The notes under the pieces are model-generated. The model saw only the letters and a list, made by a program, of their open reading frames with translations. It did no database searches and was not told where the DNA came from. A stretch of 64,000 nucleotides of DNA from the NCBI RefSeq assembly GCF_009914755.1, contig NC_060926.1. One strand, given 5' to 3'. Shown here piece by piece: positions 29,763-44,224 of the stretch. Every line of letters starts with the position of its first letter. Position 1 is the stretch's first letter. The stretch comes from the human T2T-CHM13v2.0 reference genome, Homo sapiens. Made by a program: the position numbers and the translations under genes.

Positions 29763-30782
29763 CACAGCATAACACTAGGTTAGCCCTACTTATGTGTTTC
29801 TTTTTTGTTTCTACCCACTGAATTTAGTAAAATAAGTTTGCTTAAGCATATGATGTTAACTAAGAAAAAATAAATCTAAAAAAAAAACACATTTTGGGGT
29901 AGGATTATTCTTTTATTATTGGTTTGTTTCATTCTAGAGATAGGGAAAAATAATTAGAAGTTATAATTTTCCTAAAGTTAAATACAAAAATGATTAATAA
30001 AGATTTAAGGGAAAAGTAAATATAACTTTCTATTCTCCACAATCTACATCTCATCAAATTCACAGCAGAGATAACTGAATATACCAAAGATTTTTTATTG
30101 GATTAGCCATTGATATAATCTCCTGAGTACATTCATTTGACAGATGAAGGCTTTGTCTGTCAACTCAAACGAAAATATTACCCTGGAAATGTTAAGCTGA
30201 GAAGCATTTCAAAACCTTCCTTTATTCAAATTGTAGCAGACTGTTTTGACAAGGAAGTGCAGACAGTATTTGCAGGAAATAAAGGGCCAGGTCTTTTTAC
30301 CTCTTAGGAGAAAGGAGAAAGGAAAGGGAGAAAGATTGTAATTTATCTTCATGGACATTTGTCTTGCCAAGACATTAATTTTTTTTTTGGTACATAGTTC
30401 GTGAGTACATAATGTGTTTGATGATGGTGGTTTTTTAGAAGCTACGTTAAATTCTCCTCTATGGCTAAAGATACCAAAATACATCCATAGATCTTGTCCA
30501 GAGTGGATATCTAATCTGGCTAGATGGGATGGCCTTTAAAATAAGTGTATTTTTTTCCTTCTTTTGATAGAAACAGTGATGAAGCTTTCTGGATTGTGTT
30601 AAGACTTAGGACCCTGAGTTTAAGCTTTCAAATTAGAAAAAACCAAAGGCATATACTGCTACTAGCATGTATTAGGCCCTGAGCATCTGGACTGTGTGCA
30701 TGTTGACTGTCTCTGTGGAAGGAATCTTATCAATGTAACACCACTGTTGCCATCAAAGAAACCTTCCCACCTCTCAGACCAT

Positions 30783-31312
30783 TATATTAGTTTTCTATTG
30801 CTCCACAATAAATTACCACAAACTAAGTGGCTTAAAACAGTGCCCATTTACTATCTGTCAGTTTCTGGAGGTCAGAGGTTCACACAGCATAGCTGGGTTA
30901 TCTGCTCAGTGTTTCACAAGCCTGAAATCAGGATGTTGGTAGAACCGCATTCTCATCTGGAGCTCAAGGCCCTTTTCTAAGCTCATTCAGGTCATTGGCA
31001 GAATTCAATTTTTTTGTGTTGGAGAACTGAGGTTCCTGTTTTCCTGCTGGCTATGAGCCAGTGATCTCTCAGCTACCAGAGGCTGCCCCTGGGTCATAGC
31101 CACATGGCCGTATGGCTCCTTTGTAGAATAGCATCTTACTTCAGAGCCAGCAGGACAATCTTTCTTCTGTCTGCCAAGATGGAGTTGTATAATGTAACTC
31201 AGTCACAAGAGGGACTATCCCGTCGTGTTCACAGGCACCCACACTCAAGTAGAGGAAGTAGTATAGAGTGTGCACACCAGGTGGCAGGCATTTCAGAACG
31301 CTGCCTGCCATA
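30783..31312 (-). mobile_element. MLT1 (F/G-like) MaLR LTR
   Basis: 'tattagttttctattgct...aaattaccacaaactaagtggcttaaaaca' and 'ttggcagaattcaatt'. Confidence 0.8.
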
Positions 31313-31439
31313 GCCATGTGCTATCTTAGGCCTATTCCTGGCCTGCTGTTTCTCATCAACCCATCAGTGTCAATGCTGACTAGCATTCCAGGGGAGATGT
31401 TGTGGAGATGTGCTCCAGCCTTGTCCCCAGTGCTCTTGC

Positions 31440-31990
31440 TGTGCATAGACCCTAGATGATCTCATCCTTATGTAATTGTAAACTACCATCAACCTGTTGG
31501 TGACGTGCACATCTATCCGTACTTCGAACCCAGTCTTCTCTCATAAGCTAGCAATCTCTACACTTCCAGCCTGATGGCCTTGTCCACCCTGGAATCCCTT
31601 CAGCACCACAATTTTCCCAGTTGTCAAAGGACACTCTGTGTAATGTCTTCAACCTGTTTCCAATTTTATAGTCTGTCTCTTAGATGGTGACACCATCTAT
31701 AATACCTAGAAACTTGAATGGTATATTTGTTCTTTTTTCTTCAAACTGCTTACTTAAACAATTACCAGGTTCTGCTAATTTTATATCATAAATAGTCCTA
31801 AAAATTCTTCCCTTTTGCCTTTCTGCTGTTGTCCTAAGTCAGACCCTCATCACCTGTCTACTTAGTCTTTCAGCCTCTATCTTCTGCAATAAAAGGATCC
31901 CTCTCATTTATAAAGAAGATCATGAAACACTGATACTTAAAACCTTCAATGGCTCCAGAGTCCTAAATGAAGGACTGCAACTTTCTTTAC
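31440..31990 (+). mobile_element. L2 fragment
   Basis: Degenerate L2-like motifs, e.g. 'cttaaaaccttcaatggctcc'. Confidence 0.55.
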
Positions 31991-32751
31991 AAAGCATCAA
32001 GGACTTCAAAGACCTAGAACTTGCCTATAAAGGTAGTTTCACTTTCTCATTTCTGTGCCTCTCATGTACTTCATATGAAGGATTACAGCAAAACTTTCTC
32101 ATTCTTGTATAAATCATGGTATAATAATCATCTTCATATATAATTGCCAATAAATGTTTTCAAATATTTACTGGCCCTGAACATGGATGTTTCATGTTTT
32201 TGTCATCATTTTAAATAATAAACCAGTTCATTGAGATAATTTAATAACTAATTGCTGTTATTTTTGTAAAAATTACCTTTTAATCCAATAGGAGTAAGCC
32301 TTTGAAACAATCCTTGGTGGTGAGTAGGACCCGCATATTCCGACACTCCCATCTGAGCTCTTAACCTCCATCTTCGGAACTTCCTGGTAGACAATCTGAC
32401 ATTCTTCTTGGGATGGTTCTCCAGTCTCCTATCTCAGTTCATAATAAAATAGAGCCATCCATGTACATGTCAGGGGAGATGATCAGACCAGGCTGGCTCA
32501 TAAGAACACAGAGTAAAGCGAAGCTGATTCTAGACTTCAGAGTTTCTGACATGACTTCATATTCATTTCACTTGTTAACACTCACTCAAATCTAGTTAGG
32601 ACTTAATAATGAAAGTATTTTCCTGTGCTTGTTTCATTTTCCAGTAGCAACACAGACACAGACACACACACACACGGCCCCAAAATACGTTTTGCCTCTT
32701 GAATGAGAACGGTGACCACAGCAAACACATTGTGGTAAAATATAAATTCCA

Positions 32752-34306
32752 ACATATCTCAAAATAATAAGAGCTATTTATGACAAACCCATAGCTAATA
32801 TAATATGGAATGGATAAAAACTGGAAGCATTCCCTTTGAAAACTGGTACAAGACAAGGATGCCCTCTCTCACCACTGCTATTCAATGTATTATTGGAAGT
32901 TCTGGTAACAAAACAGACACATAGATCAATAGAACAGAATAGAGATCTCAGAAATAAGACCACACTTCAACAACCATCTGATCTTCGACAAATCTGACAA
33001 AAACAAGCAATGGGGAAAGGATTCCCTATTTAATAAATGGTGTTGGGAAAACTGGCTAGCCATATGCAGAAAACTAAAACTCGACCCCTTCCTTACATAT
33101 TATACAAAAACTAACTCAAGACGGATTAAAGACTTAAATGTAAAAGCCAAAACCGTAAAAATCTTAGAAGAAAATCTTGGCAATACCATTCAGGACACAC
33201 GTATGGACAAAGATGTTATGATGAAATCACCAAAAGTAATTGCAATGAAAGCTAAAACTGACAAATGGGACCTAATTAAACTAAAGAGTTTCTGCACTGC
33301 AAAAGAAACTATCATCAGAGTAAACAGGCAACCTAGAGAATAGGAGAAAAGTTTTGCAATCTACCCATCTAACAAAGATCTAATATCCAGAATTTATATG
33401 GAACTTAAAACAAATTTACAAGAAAGAAACAAACAACCCCATCAAAAAGTGGGCAAAATACATGAACAGACACTTCTCAAAAGAAGACATTTATGTGACC
33501 AACAAACATATGAAAAACAAACTCAACATCACTGACCATTACAGAAGTACACATCAAAACCACAATGAGATACCATCTCAGGTCAGTCAGAATGGTGATT
33601 ATTAAAAAGTAAAAAAGCAGTAGATGCTGGTGAGGCTGTGGAGAAACAGGAATGCTTTTACACTGTTGGTGGGAATATAAATTACTTCAACTTTTGTGGA
33701 AGACAGTGTGGCAATTCCTCAAGGATCTAGAACCAGAAATATCATTTGACCCAGCAATCCCATTACTGGGTATATACTCAAAGGAATATGAATCTCTATT
33801 ATAAAGATATATGTGCACATGTGTTTGTTATAGCAGTATTTACAATAGTAAAGACATAGAACCAACCCAAATGCCCATCAATGATAGACTGGATAAAGAA
33901 AATATGGTACATATACACCATGGAATACTATGCAGCCATAAAAAGGAATGAGATCATGTCCTTTGCAGGAATATGGATGAAGCTGAAAGCCATTATGCTC
34001 AGCAAACTGACACAGGAAAAGAAAACCAAACATAGCACGTTCTCACTAATAAGTGGGAGTTGACCAATGAGAACACGTGGACACAGGGATGGGAACATCA
34101 CATACCAGGGCTTTTTGAGGTGGTGGGGGATGAGGGGAGGGAGAGCATCAGGACAAATAGCTAATGCATGCAGGGTTTAATACATACATGATGGGTTGAT
34201 AGGTGAAGCGAACCACCATGGCACATGTTTACTTATGTAACAAATCTGCACATTCTGCACATTTATCCCATAACATAAAGTAAAATAAAATTTAAATATA
34301 TATATT
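32752..34306 (+). mobile_element. 5'-truncated L1PA (about PA8-PA13) with an internal deletion, inserted into an L2 3' end
   Basis: ORF2 remnants and 3' UTR; TSD tataaattcca at 32741-32751 and 34307-34317; L2-like tail continues to ~34420. Confidence 0.95.
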
Positions 34307-36346
34307 TATAAATTCCATAAAGCTAAGAAAATTTTTTGCTCTGTATGTTTATTGACTACATTCCAAGAGCAAAAATCATTGCCTACCATACAGCAAGTGT
34401 TCAATGTATATTTGTAAAAAAGCAATTAAATCCAACTCAACCACCCTGTGTATAATCAATGCTTCTTTCCACCATGGGCATCCCATAACAAACAGGCACA
34501 GTTAATTCCACAACAACAATGTATGGTTTGGTTGTTGTTACTGTCTTAACCCTCATACGAAGGAAAGGAGAGTGAGGATTATCCCAGTTTTACAGATGAT
34601 ATAACTGAGATGCAGAGTTTTCATGTCTGGGAAGTAAAGGAAAACATCAAAGTAGATGTGGGCATCATGAAGACCATAGTGTAAATGCTCGTATAGATGT
34701 ACTTACATGAACGCATGTCATTTACATTACACCAGTGAATTTCATTTCTGTCTCATCTTATTGCCCTAGAATGCAGGAAAAAATGCATTTTTTTCTTCTT
34801 TCAGAACTAATATGAATTCTACTGGCTGCCTTGAAAAGCTGTGCCCTTTAATCAACCATAGCCTCCTGAGCTTTTGGTCCCATGTTGAAAGAAATTTGCT
34901 TTCACAGCCTGATTCCCTACCTTTACTCTGGCTTGCATCTCCCTCAGGTGAAGAAATCCCTTTGAAGTCACTTGTGTCCTGGTGCTCCTATGTAACTCTC
35001 ATTACCACTGAGAAGGGTTTACAGATGTCGAGACCAAGGTATGGGGCCAGTGGCCCTGACTCATCCAGCAAGTCAGATGTGGAATCCGGAAGTCATCTTG
35101 GAGTCCTCGCTTGCAGGCCTTTTAATCAATTTCATTCTATTAAAAAATCCAACCTTTAAGCAGAACATATGCTTGACAAAAATTTAAGTTACAGCAAAAT
35201 TGCATCTGGAAGAGAATATCTGTGAGTCTGCAAACCTGTAACTGCAGTGGACAGTGTTGTAGGCTAGTGAAACTGTAAGTGAAACAGATCACTGTTATAA
35301 GGTATTTACTGTATACTATCTAAATGTCAACAAAAGCAGCACAAATACTACTACTGCTGTGAAAAATAACACTTACTCAAAGAGATGTATATAAATATAG
35401 GCTGCAGGCATACAGTCTGAAATGCAGCTACTGCTGGCTAAAATCATGTGGCAGACACAGATATTTTATCTTCTATTTCTCTGCTCTTGAATTCCATTGA
35501 TCTAAGTGTTTGTGTCCCTCTGAGTTTATAATGCTCTTTTAATGGCTGCTAATTGTCATTTACAGAACTGGACCATATTACCTCAAACTTGTTTAGAAAG
35601 AAATAATGTTTCTTGGAAACAAATAAATCTTATCATGTAGCAGATTAAAGATCATCACAAAGACAGTTACAGTTAAGTCATAAAAATATATTGACAGGTC
35701 TCCTCCTCAATTCAAAATCATCATCAGAAAAAGAAGACATGATTCAGTTGAAAATAAAACTGTAAAAATATCACAGTGATACCAGTTCATTGTAGGACCT
35801 AGATTAAAGTAAGAACTAGAAGTAACAGAACACCTCCCAATTTTATCCTTCACAGTTTCTACTGAAACTAATAGTGACTGTAGTGAATAATTAGCCTTTG
35901 TGTCTCCCCACAGTTTTGCAAGTAGAATTTATAGTTATAACATACAGACTTTTCAAAGAAAGGAATGTTTATTTGACCTACCTGTATGTCTTGAAATATG
36001 TATTTAGCACAGCTGTTCTTTTGTGTTAAACTCATCGCAAAATGCAGCTTTGATGTAACCCACCATTGATCTGCAGTAAGTGGAAACAAAATCTCTCCTT
36101 AATTAGTATCATCCAATCACTTTTTTACATTTCTGCAGAACACATACTGTGAACTGTTTAATGGACTATTATTTAGAAAAGTGGCAAAGAGCACACCAAA
36201 AAAAAAAATACAGTGAAAATAAAAACTAGCAGTGTCAATGAAAAATATGTTGTGAAATAATGGAAAATAAGATGTTTCGTTAACTTGAGCTTCCCCAGCA
36301 TTTTACCGTAGAGATGAACGGAGCCCCAATTACTGCCAACAATGGA

Positions 36347-36380
36347 GACACACAGAGAGAGAGAAAGAGAGAGAGAGAGA
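36347..36380. repeat. (GA)n microsatellite
   Basis: Direct reading. Confidence 0.85.
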
Positions 36381-37525
36381 TTCATTACCTTCAACACCCT
36401 TAACTGTCTACCAGTGAATTCGTTTATCTGCTTCTTTTTCTACAGAACCTGCATGGAGTGGGGAGGAATAAACAAAGAACTGAGTGGAGTAAATGTGTCT
36501 CAAATTACCACAAACACACTGTGACTCAATGCACTTTTCATTTCTCTCCTCATTAACTGTGTCTTGCTCAAAATGAGCGACTGGGTCCAAACATAATCAA
36601 GTCCCACAGATAACAATTGACTTGACTGCTGGGGCAGTCACCACCTCCTAGCTAGTGGGAAATAAATTCAGAAATAAAATGAGTTAAAATAAAATTCACT
36701 CTGCTCTCTTTTCAGCACTTAGATAATTTGAAGACCATCAAGGCCCATAGAAACAAGCCATCTCTCTGTGAAAAAGAAGGTCTCTGAACCACCACCAATA
36801 AGTCATGCCTTTAGTGTTATCAAGAGTGAGTATAATTATCCAGCAAAAAGGCCAGCGAAGTGTCTTGGGTACTGGAATTTTTTTTTCTGAAGTCTTTATC
36901 CATAGTGCTACCTGAATAATAATAAAATAAAAGCTGTGCTACGGAGAGCCAGACAGCAGAGAGGGGGATGGAAATAAAAACAAAATAAAAAGAAGAACCC
37001 CTCAGATTGGTGAAATTGACCTATAATTTTGAGAGCACATTATAATTTGAAAGCAGTAGAAAAAGAGTCCTTTTTGTTGTGGTTTTATGTTAGAAGAAGA
37101 ATTGGTTTCAAGAATTTTTGAATTTTGGTGTGTATGCTCTTTTAGGACCTGGTTTTATCAAAGCAGTGATTTCTCAGCAAAGCAGATGAGGTAAAAGCTT
37201 CCTGTTTAGAAAAGTGTTTTTGTTTCTTTGTTTGAATGCTAGCTAGGATACTTTATTTGGCTCTAAATTAGGATGAAGTGCTTGTAAAGGATGCAGTCAC
37301 TCCAGGTTTGCCTCTTAGAAAGAGAAATGCATGTAAGAAAAACTGTCCCTCCTTGGGCAGTGGAAATGTAAGCCAGTCACATCAGGAAATGGGTTTCAGA
37401 CTAAGACTAACCAGCTTTGCATGAGAGTGACACCAAATGACTCTGACGCTTTCCTGACTACAGTTTATCTGCTTTTACCTCATGATGCTGTGACTGCAAC
37501 TGGTTGTTAACATCCACCCCTAAGG

Positions 37526-38524
37526 CACCTGTACAATAGGCTAGTATCTCACCAACTGATCCACCAAATGTGGAGGCCAGGAGAGTGGAAGTAGGTTAGG
37601 ACCAAAGAGAACATCCAGGTGATGCTGACACCTGCAAAGTGTGAGAACCACAGCAAAACTCACATCCTACTTCCGGGTGTGATGGAAATTACAATGAATT
37701 AGCCCAAGAAGTATATTACATTAGTCTGGGGGACCAAAATATACAAAGTACTAAATAAAATTCTAATTAATTGGGATTATAGAATGCCATCATGCTGGGA
37801 TAGTTGTCCCTGTTGATTTGCTTTCTTCCACTTCTGCTCTTCAGCCTGTCTCATCTTATCCTGAACCCTGCACCTTGAACCCTGCTTTCTGCTATGGTTA
37901 CCCCCACTGCTATTGTTAATTCTCTGGACTGGACTTGATTGAACACAGATGAGGATCATTCTGGGAGCCATTGGAAGAAAACAAAACACATTGTTCCTAC
38001 ATTAAATTGTGTCATTCATCGAAGAGGTAGTGGGACAGTTTTGCAAAGGAAACAACATTCTTATAACTATATCAACAACTGAAACCTCTCTGAGCAAAAA
38101 CCGTGCCCTCCAGAATATATGGTGGAGGTTTCACCTCTACAATAGGTTAGTATCTCACCAACTGTTCCATTTTTGTGTCTTATGTTTAGTGCCAAGGTGG
38201 GACCTCGTGGGAAGCTAAAGAATAAAAGAACAAAATGAGGACAGCTCCACTTTCAGCTGTGGGGTGATTCTCAAACGCAGTGGCTATCAGAATCATCATT
38301 AAACCTAATGAGAAATGTGGAGGCCAGGAGAGTGGAAGTAGGTTAGGACCACGGAGAACCCCGAGGTGATGCTGACACCTGCAAAGCGTGAGAACCACAG
38401 CAAAACTGACCTCCAACTTCTGGGTGTGATGGAAATTACAGTGAATTAGCCCAATAAGTATTACATTTGCTTGGGGGACCAAAATATACAAATTACTAAA
38501 TAAAATTCTAAATTAGGATTATAG
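37526..38524 (+). repeat. Diverged local direct duplication (37526-37782 and 38132-38524) containing a MER5-type element
   Basis: Two alignable copies, e.g. 'aaatgtggaggccaggagagtggaagtaggttaggacca' at 37566 and 38313. Confidence 0.95.
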
Positions 38525-41279
38525 CTCAATTTGATACGATTGATACCATTATACTCCCACATGTGACTTGGGATTAAAATTCCCTTTTTTCTAGTCTAGA
38601 GTTTAGTCAAATTATTGAATTCTAAAATCACCAAATGCTATTTATTATGGGTCTACAGGGCTCTCATAGGGATCTTACAAGATTACTCCAGTTTCTGCTG
38701 TGGGGAACATAAAGTATGAATCAGCATCTAATAGCCCTAATTAGATGTTAAATTTAAAATCTATGTATAGATAAATATATTTGCACAAAATTAAGCCAGT
38801 GTCCTTTCTGTAAGAATTCTCAGGGACTTAACGTTTCTCGTATGCTGAGTAAATTCAAGAGATGGAAGTATTTTCCAAATTTATTTCATTGTAGAAAAGT
38901 ATTCCAGAAACATCTCATCAAATGAGACTCCACTGGAGAATCTTTGGGAATCACTAATCTAAATTAAAATATTAATATCTTATCATGAGAAAACAAATCT
39001 ATTTAAAAGGAGGCAAGTTTTAGTTTATATTTATAAGTTCAGTTTTAAATAGGAGGGTCTTAGTAACTGAAGATGAAAAGACAACCCTTACAAATGATAC
39101 TGAGTGTGATAGAAAGATTTTTCTCTTTAAAATGCTTGTCATATCAAAACTTAAGAACAGGTTCCACGCTGACTTTGTTGACACTATACCAGATGTGCTT
39201 TAAAAACAAACAAACAAACAAAAACTAGACCATTCTCTTAAAAAATGGAAAAAGGAAGGTTAGGAGTGAAAATGGGTACAATTTTTCTTTTTTATAACTA
39301 ATCATGGGGTTCCCAAACAATGCATTTCGTAATCAATTATCTGTTGCATCTTGCTGGGTCCGGTGATTGTCCAACTGATAACAAGTAGATGAGTTTGGTG
39401 GTTCTTTTGTCTTTCCCAGTATACAATCTATCGTACTGTTTCTAAGATACAAACAATATCTTGAAAACAGCAAGAAAACTAGCCCAGAGAAGCTGGAATT
39501 TGAAAAATTGGCAGAGGAAAGGTTTGAATAAGACTTGTCAAGCAAGTCATAAGACACATCTGCAGTCTAATAAAAGACAATTGCATTTTCTTGGAGTTGT
39601 ACTTACTTAAAAATTTATTTCCATAAATTTTCAATTATTGAATACCCTTATTTGCCAGCCAATGGCTTGGATAAAAGCCTCATTGATGGGATTGCATCAT
39701 ATGATAATGGGCCCATACCTGTTTCATTTCAGTTACCTGACAGCTCAATAGGGACACGGGGAAAACATTTAAAATATTCTGTTTTTACAGAAAACAAGAC
39801 ACAGAGAGAAGGTGAAAACACTTGTCACATCACTTTCATGCAACAAATGCGAAGTTTCACCCCTCTGGTTCTTCCTCCTCCCTATTGGAGTTTATTGCCT
39901 CCTTTCTCATACCTCCTTTTGCTGATGGGAGATGCCATGCACTGACCAAAAGTGTTTCAGCTGGAAAAAGGCTCACAGAATCTAGGAGGATTATCTAGTA
40001 AAGAGGCCAATATCATGATCTGTGGCAACCTTCCAAAATACCACCGAAAATTTGGGGGATATTTTAGTTTATTTTTCTTGAAGGCACTTTGATGGACATT
40101 AACTCAGGCCAGGACTGTCAGACAGCTTTGTGCTTTATATTACTGTGAAGTTCCTAGTAGTTCTGTTTGGAATTAGGTGACAGAATAGTAAAAAAAAAAA
40201 AAAAAAATCAATTACAGCCAATCTTACTATATTTGTATTCAAGTAATAAATAGAACTTTTGAATAACACTGAAATTTAGTGGTGCATAGTTGTAGATCCA
40301 GTGAGCTAAGCCATGCTGGTTTCATTATACTTCCATTTAATTTTCTAATTAATCTCAGAAAACATTAATTAGTCTTTTCCACAGGCATCCTGGCACCCTT
40401 GGGCCTAAAACATCACAAATATTGCTGGCCTCGAGCAGTAGTAATCAAAATTTCTAATTTGTTTGAATGATCCAGTATCTTTTTCCTTACTTCTCTCTCT
40501 GTAAATATTCCTTAATGTCTCTTTAACCCTTTGATTTTAGATTTTCTATGAAGGCATGAATGAAAGGTGAATAGATATCTCAAGACAAAGAGAAATGACA
40601 AGACAGAGATAATGAGAGAACATGTTTTTATATGGAGACAGTTGAACTTTTTGCTGGAAAAATGCATGCCCATGTTCCAGGGGGATCATAGTTTGATGCT
40701 ATTTGAGTGTGGAGCCACCCTGCCATCTGCCCCATTATCCACCAGAATGACTGCTAACTCATCACAAAACTTATAACGTTAACTCACAATGAGATATGTA
40801 TACAGAAAAATGAACATCGTTAAAATCTAAAAGGACTGAAATTGTAGTTCTTGCTTACATTTTACCATGTAAAGAACACATATTTCACAGCTTCACTCTT
40901 TCTGAAAAAACGAACAAATAAAACAAAACAAAACAAACAAAAAAAAAAAAAACAAGAAAAAAGAAGAACAGCAAAGGTGATTTCATTGACCCCAATTTTG
41001 GAAGCAAGGAGAAACAAGCATGTGAGATAGTCTACAAAGCAGTGCAAAGCTACTTAAAGAAGAGATATTTGAGCTGTAATGCAAATGCATCATTTAAAAA
41101 AGAATAATTTATCTCTGTTGACTACAGAGGATGTAATTAGACTTTCTATATATCATACTGTGTATGTTGAAGGAGTTATCACAGTTACATTTAGATTGAA
41201 AATGTCCTTAAAATTTTACTGCAGAATATATTCTACATACAAATTTTTTTTACTGTACAGCTTTTTAGAGAATAATGAT

Positions 41280-44190
41280 TAAATTAATGCCATTGTACTA
41301 ATAACCAAGATTAGGAACTAAAAATCTATCAGTTCTTAGAAGCTTCCTCTATACCCCTCATCAAGAGTAGCTCCCTTTTCCTCATAGAGGTAACTGCAAT
41401 ATTATCCTAATTTTGTTTTCATCTAATTTGCTTCTTTCTAGTTCTATTCATGTATATGTATCTCCAAACACTACCATATTTGTTTGAACCTATGTTTGAA
41501 CTTTGTATCAATGTAACCACTCTGTGTTGTATTCTCTTTTGAGATTCATTCATGTTAAAGCATAGGCAGTAGCTTATTGATTTTTTAGTGCTATATTCTG
41601 TTGTGTAATGTGGCACCATTTACTTGTCCATTGTTACTACTTAAGACTATTTGAATTAGTTCCAGTATTTACTATTATGAACAATTTTGCCATGGACATT
41701 CTTTTAAACATCTCTTGGTTTGTTTGTGCAACCATTTCTCTAGACTATATATCTAGGATTAGACTTGCTGGTTAGAAAGGTCTTTATACATTCAACTTTA
41801 AAAAGTAATGGCAAACATTTTCCATAAAAAGTCGTACCAAATTACTTTCCTACCAGCAGCAGAGAAGAATTTCTGCTGTTTCACATTCTGGGCAATGTTC
41901 AATATTATCTTATTTTTAAGAAATATTTGACAATTCAATAATTTGAAAAAGATATTTTATTATGTTTATAATTTGCATTATATGACTACAAATAAGATGG
42001 AACACATTTTCATATATTTAGGAACTTTTCATAAGTTTTCTGTGGACAGGCTTTTCACAGCATTTGTTCATTTTTTAAATTGTCTTTTAAAATCTTAATA
42101 ATTTTAAAAGTTCTTTATTTATTTTAAATATGAATTCTTCATCAATGATATGTGTTAGAAATTTCTTCTCTAAGTTTCTGGCTTGTCTTTTGGATTGCAT
42201 AATGGTCATTTTATAGACAGATGTTTTAATATTAAATGATTTAAGTTTATCTAATGTTACTTACACTTACAGTTAGCATTTTTTTTGGACATAAATTCTT
42301 CATTGTCTTGAGATCACAAAGATTGCCTTATATTGTCTTCTTAAAGTTTTATGTATTTAGCTCCTACACTTAAGCCTTTAATTAACCTACTATAGATTTT
42401 GATGTGTGTTTAAAGGTGGGAATCCAATTTTATTTTCTCTCATAAGAACAACCTACTTGCAAGTTAACAAATTAGTTTGCAATTGTTACACAGATATTGA
42501 CAGAAGACATTTAACTATGGGTCAGAGACAAAGGACATCTTATTTGTCACAGCAATATAAGTAGCTAGGATGTCATGATTTTTGCACAAGTTTTCCAAAC
42601 TGCAATTCTCACAGAATAATGTGAAGAGGGCTAGGTGACACCTATGCACACAGCGGGTTCTGTTACAGGAGAATAACACTACGATTAAGAAGCCCTAATA
42701 TTTTATAATGAGCATTGAGCCTATCTAAACTGTGCCTCAAAGGGAGACAGTATTATTCTGAACAGTAAATAAATCTGCCCTTGGAAGAAGACACTATTTC
42801 TGTCCTCCAGGTTGTTTGCAATACAAGCATCCTTGAAAAGATAGCCCACAGAAAAGTAGCCAATGCTTCTGCCCACAAGATGTGCAGAAACATGAGAGAC
42901 TTACTGGAAAGTGTCTTCTAGTTATGTTTTTTATTATCTAAGAAATTTCCTTAAGTCATAATTTGGTAACATGTTATCTCTTTATAAAACCATACATAGA
43001 TAATAATATTCTATTTATTTCTTCTTTCTCTAGGCTTATCCTATTTCTTCTTAGCTAATTTCTAAGTTGGATCATTTATTTATGAAATCTGAGCATTTTT
43101 TTAAAGTATTCAAGGTTAACATTTTCTCTTGAGAACTTAGCTTTAGTTATATCTCATAGATTGTTACTATATTTCTGTTATCATTCCTTTTCATATTCTA
43201 ATTTTTCTTATGATTTACTACTTGACCAATGAGGTATAAAATATGGTTTTCAATGCAAGTATGTGGAATATCTCTAATTATCTTTTCTTATTAGTGCTTT
43301 CTAACTTCATTGTATTGAGGTGATATCAGAGAAAGCTCTGTGTGACACAACCCCTTAGATATTTTTTTGAGGCTAGCTTTATGATGTAGCCTTTCATCAA
43401 TTTTCATAATTGTTTTGTATATTCCCCTTAAAAATAAGTTGTCTTCAATTGATGGGAGAGATTTTTATATATACCCATTATATGAATTTTTATACTTTTA
43501 ATATTCAAATATTGTATAGCCTTATGTGTGGTTCATTTGTCCTATTTTATAAGTATGATCTGTCATCAGTTGAAAGATGTATGTCAAAGTACCCACTAGG
43601 AAGGCATATGAACGCATTTGGTTTGAAGCCTTTCAAGTTATCCCTTACATATTTTTGAGGCCATATTACTACATGTGTTAGTTTAGAATTGTTATATGTT
43701 CCCAGTGAAATAAACTTTTATTTTTTATTAATAAAGCTTTTTGTATTAAATAATATTTGATCTGAAATTAATATGGCTACATCAGATTTATTTGGTTAAT
43801 ACACACCTAGTATGTCTTTATTTTTATCTTGACATCTGATTTTACTTTACCCTTAGGTTCAAGGTATATCTCTTAGAAAAGATGTTTACTTTGCCTTTTT
43901 TTGTTTTGTTATATTCTGTTTTAAATACATATTTAAACTTTTATATTTTATTTGAAAATCTAGCCCACTAATATTTATTGTGATCACTGTTAATTTTATA
44001 ATTATTTTTAACTTCTTATTATTATTTGTCTTATGTTTTTATTTTTTCTACATTTTCAGTATTTCTTTTATTCTTCCCCTTCCTTCTTACCATCTTTTGG
44101 ATTTGTGGAATTTGTTTTGTTTTGTTTTAATTTTCTCCTCGTGTACTCATTTGGAGGTAAACCTTCTCTATATATTTCTTCAGTGATTAG
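41280..44190 (-). mobile_element. Old L1M (ME/MC-like) fragments, interrupted by an LTR
   Basis: T-rich antisense L1 motifs: 'gagattcattcatgtt', 'ctttcctaccagcag', 'atatgtgttagaaatttcttctc'. Confidence 0.7.
42458..42920 (-). mobile_element. Old ERVL-class solo LTR (family uncertain)
   Basis: 'gtcagagacaaaggac' and 'catccttgaaaagatag...agatgtgcagaaacatgagagac' resemble recalled LTR consensus. Confidence 0.55.
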
Positions 44191-44224
44191 TATGAGGAGG
44201 CAGAACTGTTTTTACATATTGAAA

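Noticed and set aside
30182-30215. 'tgaaatgcttctc' on minus, resembling the start of a PPP2R2B alternative exon
   Set aside because: The match is only about 13 nt and the downstream sequence does not follow, so no gene symbol was assigned.
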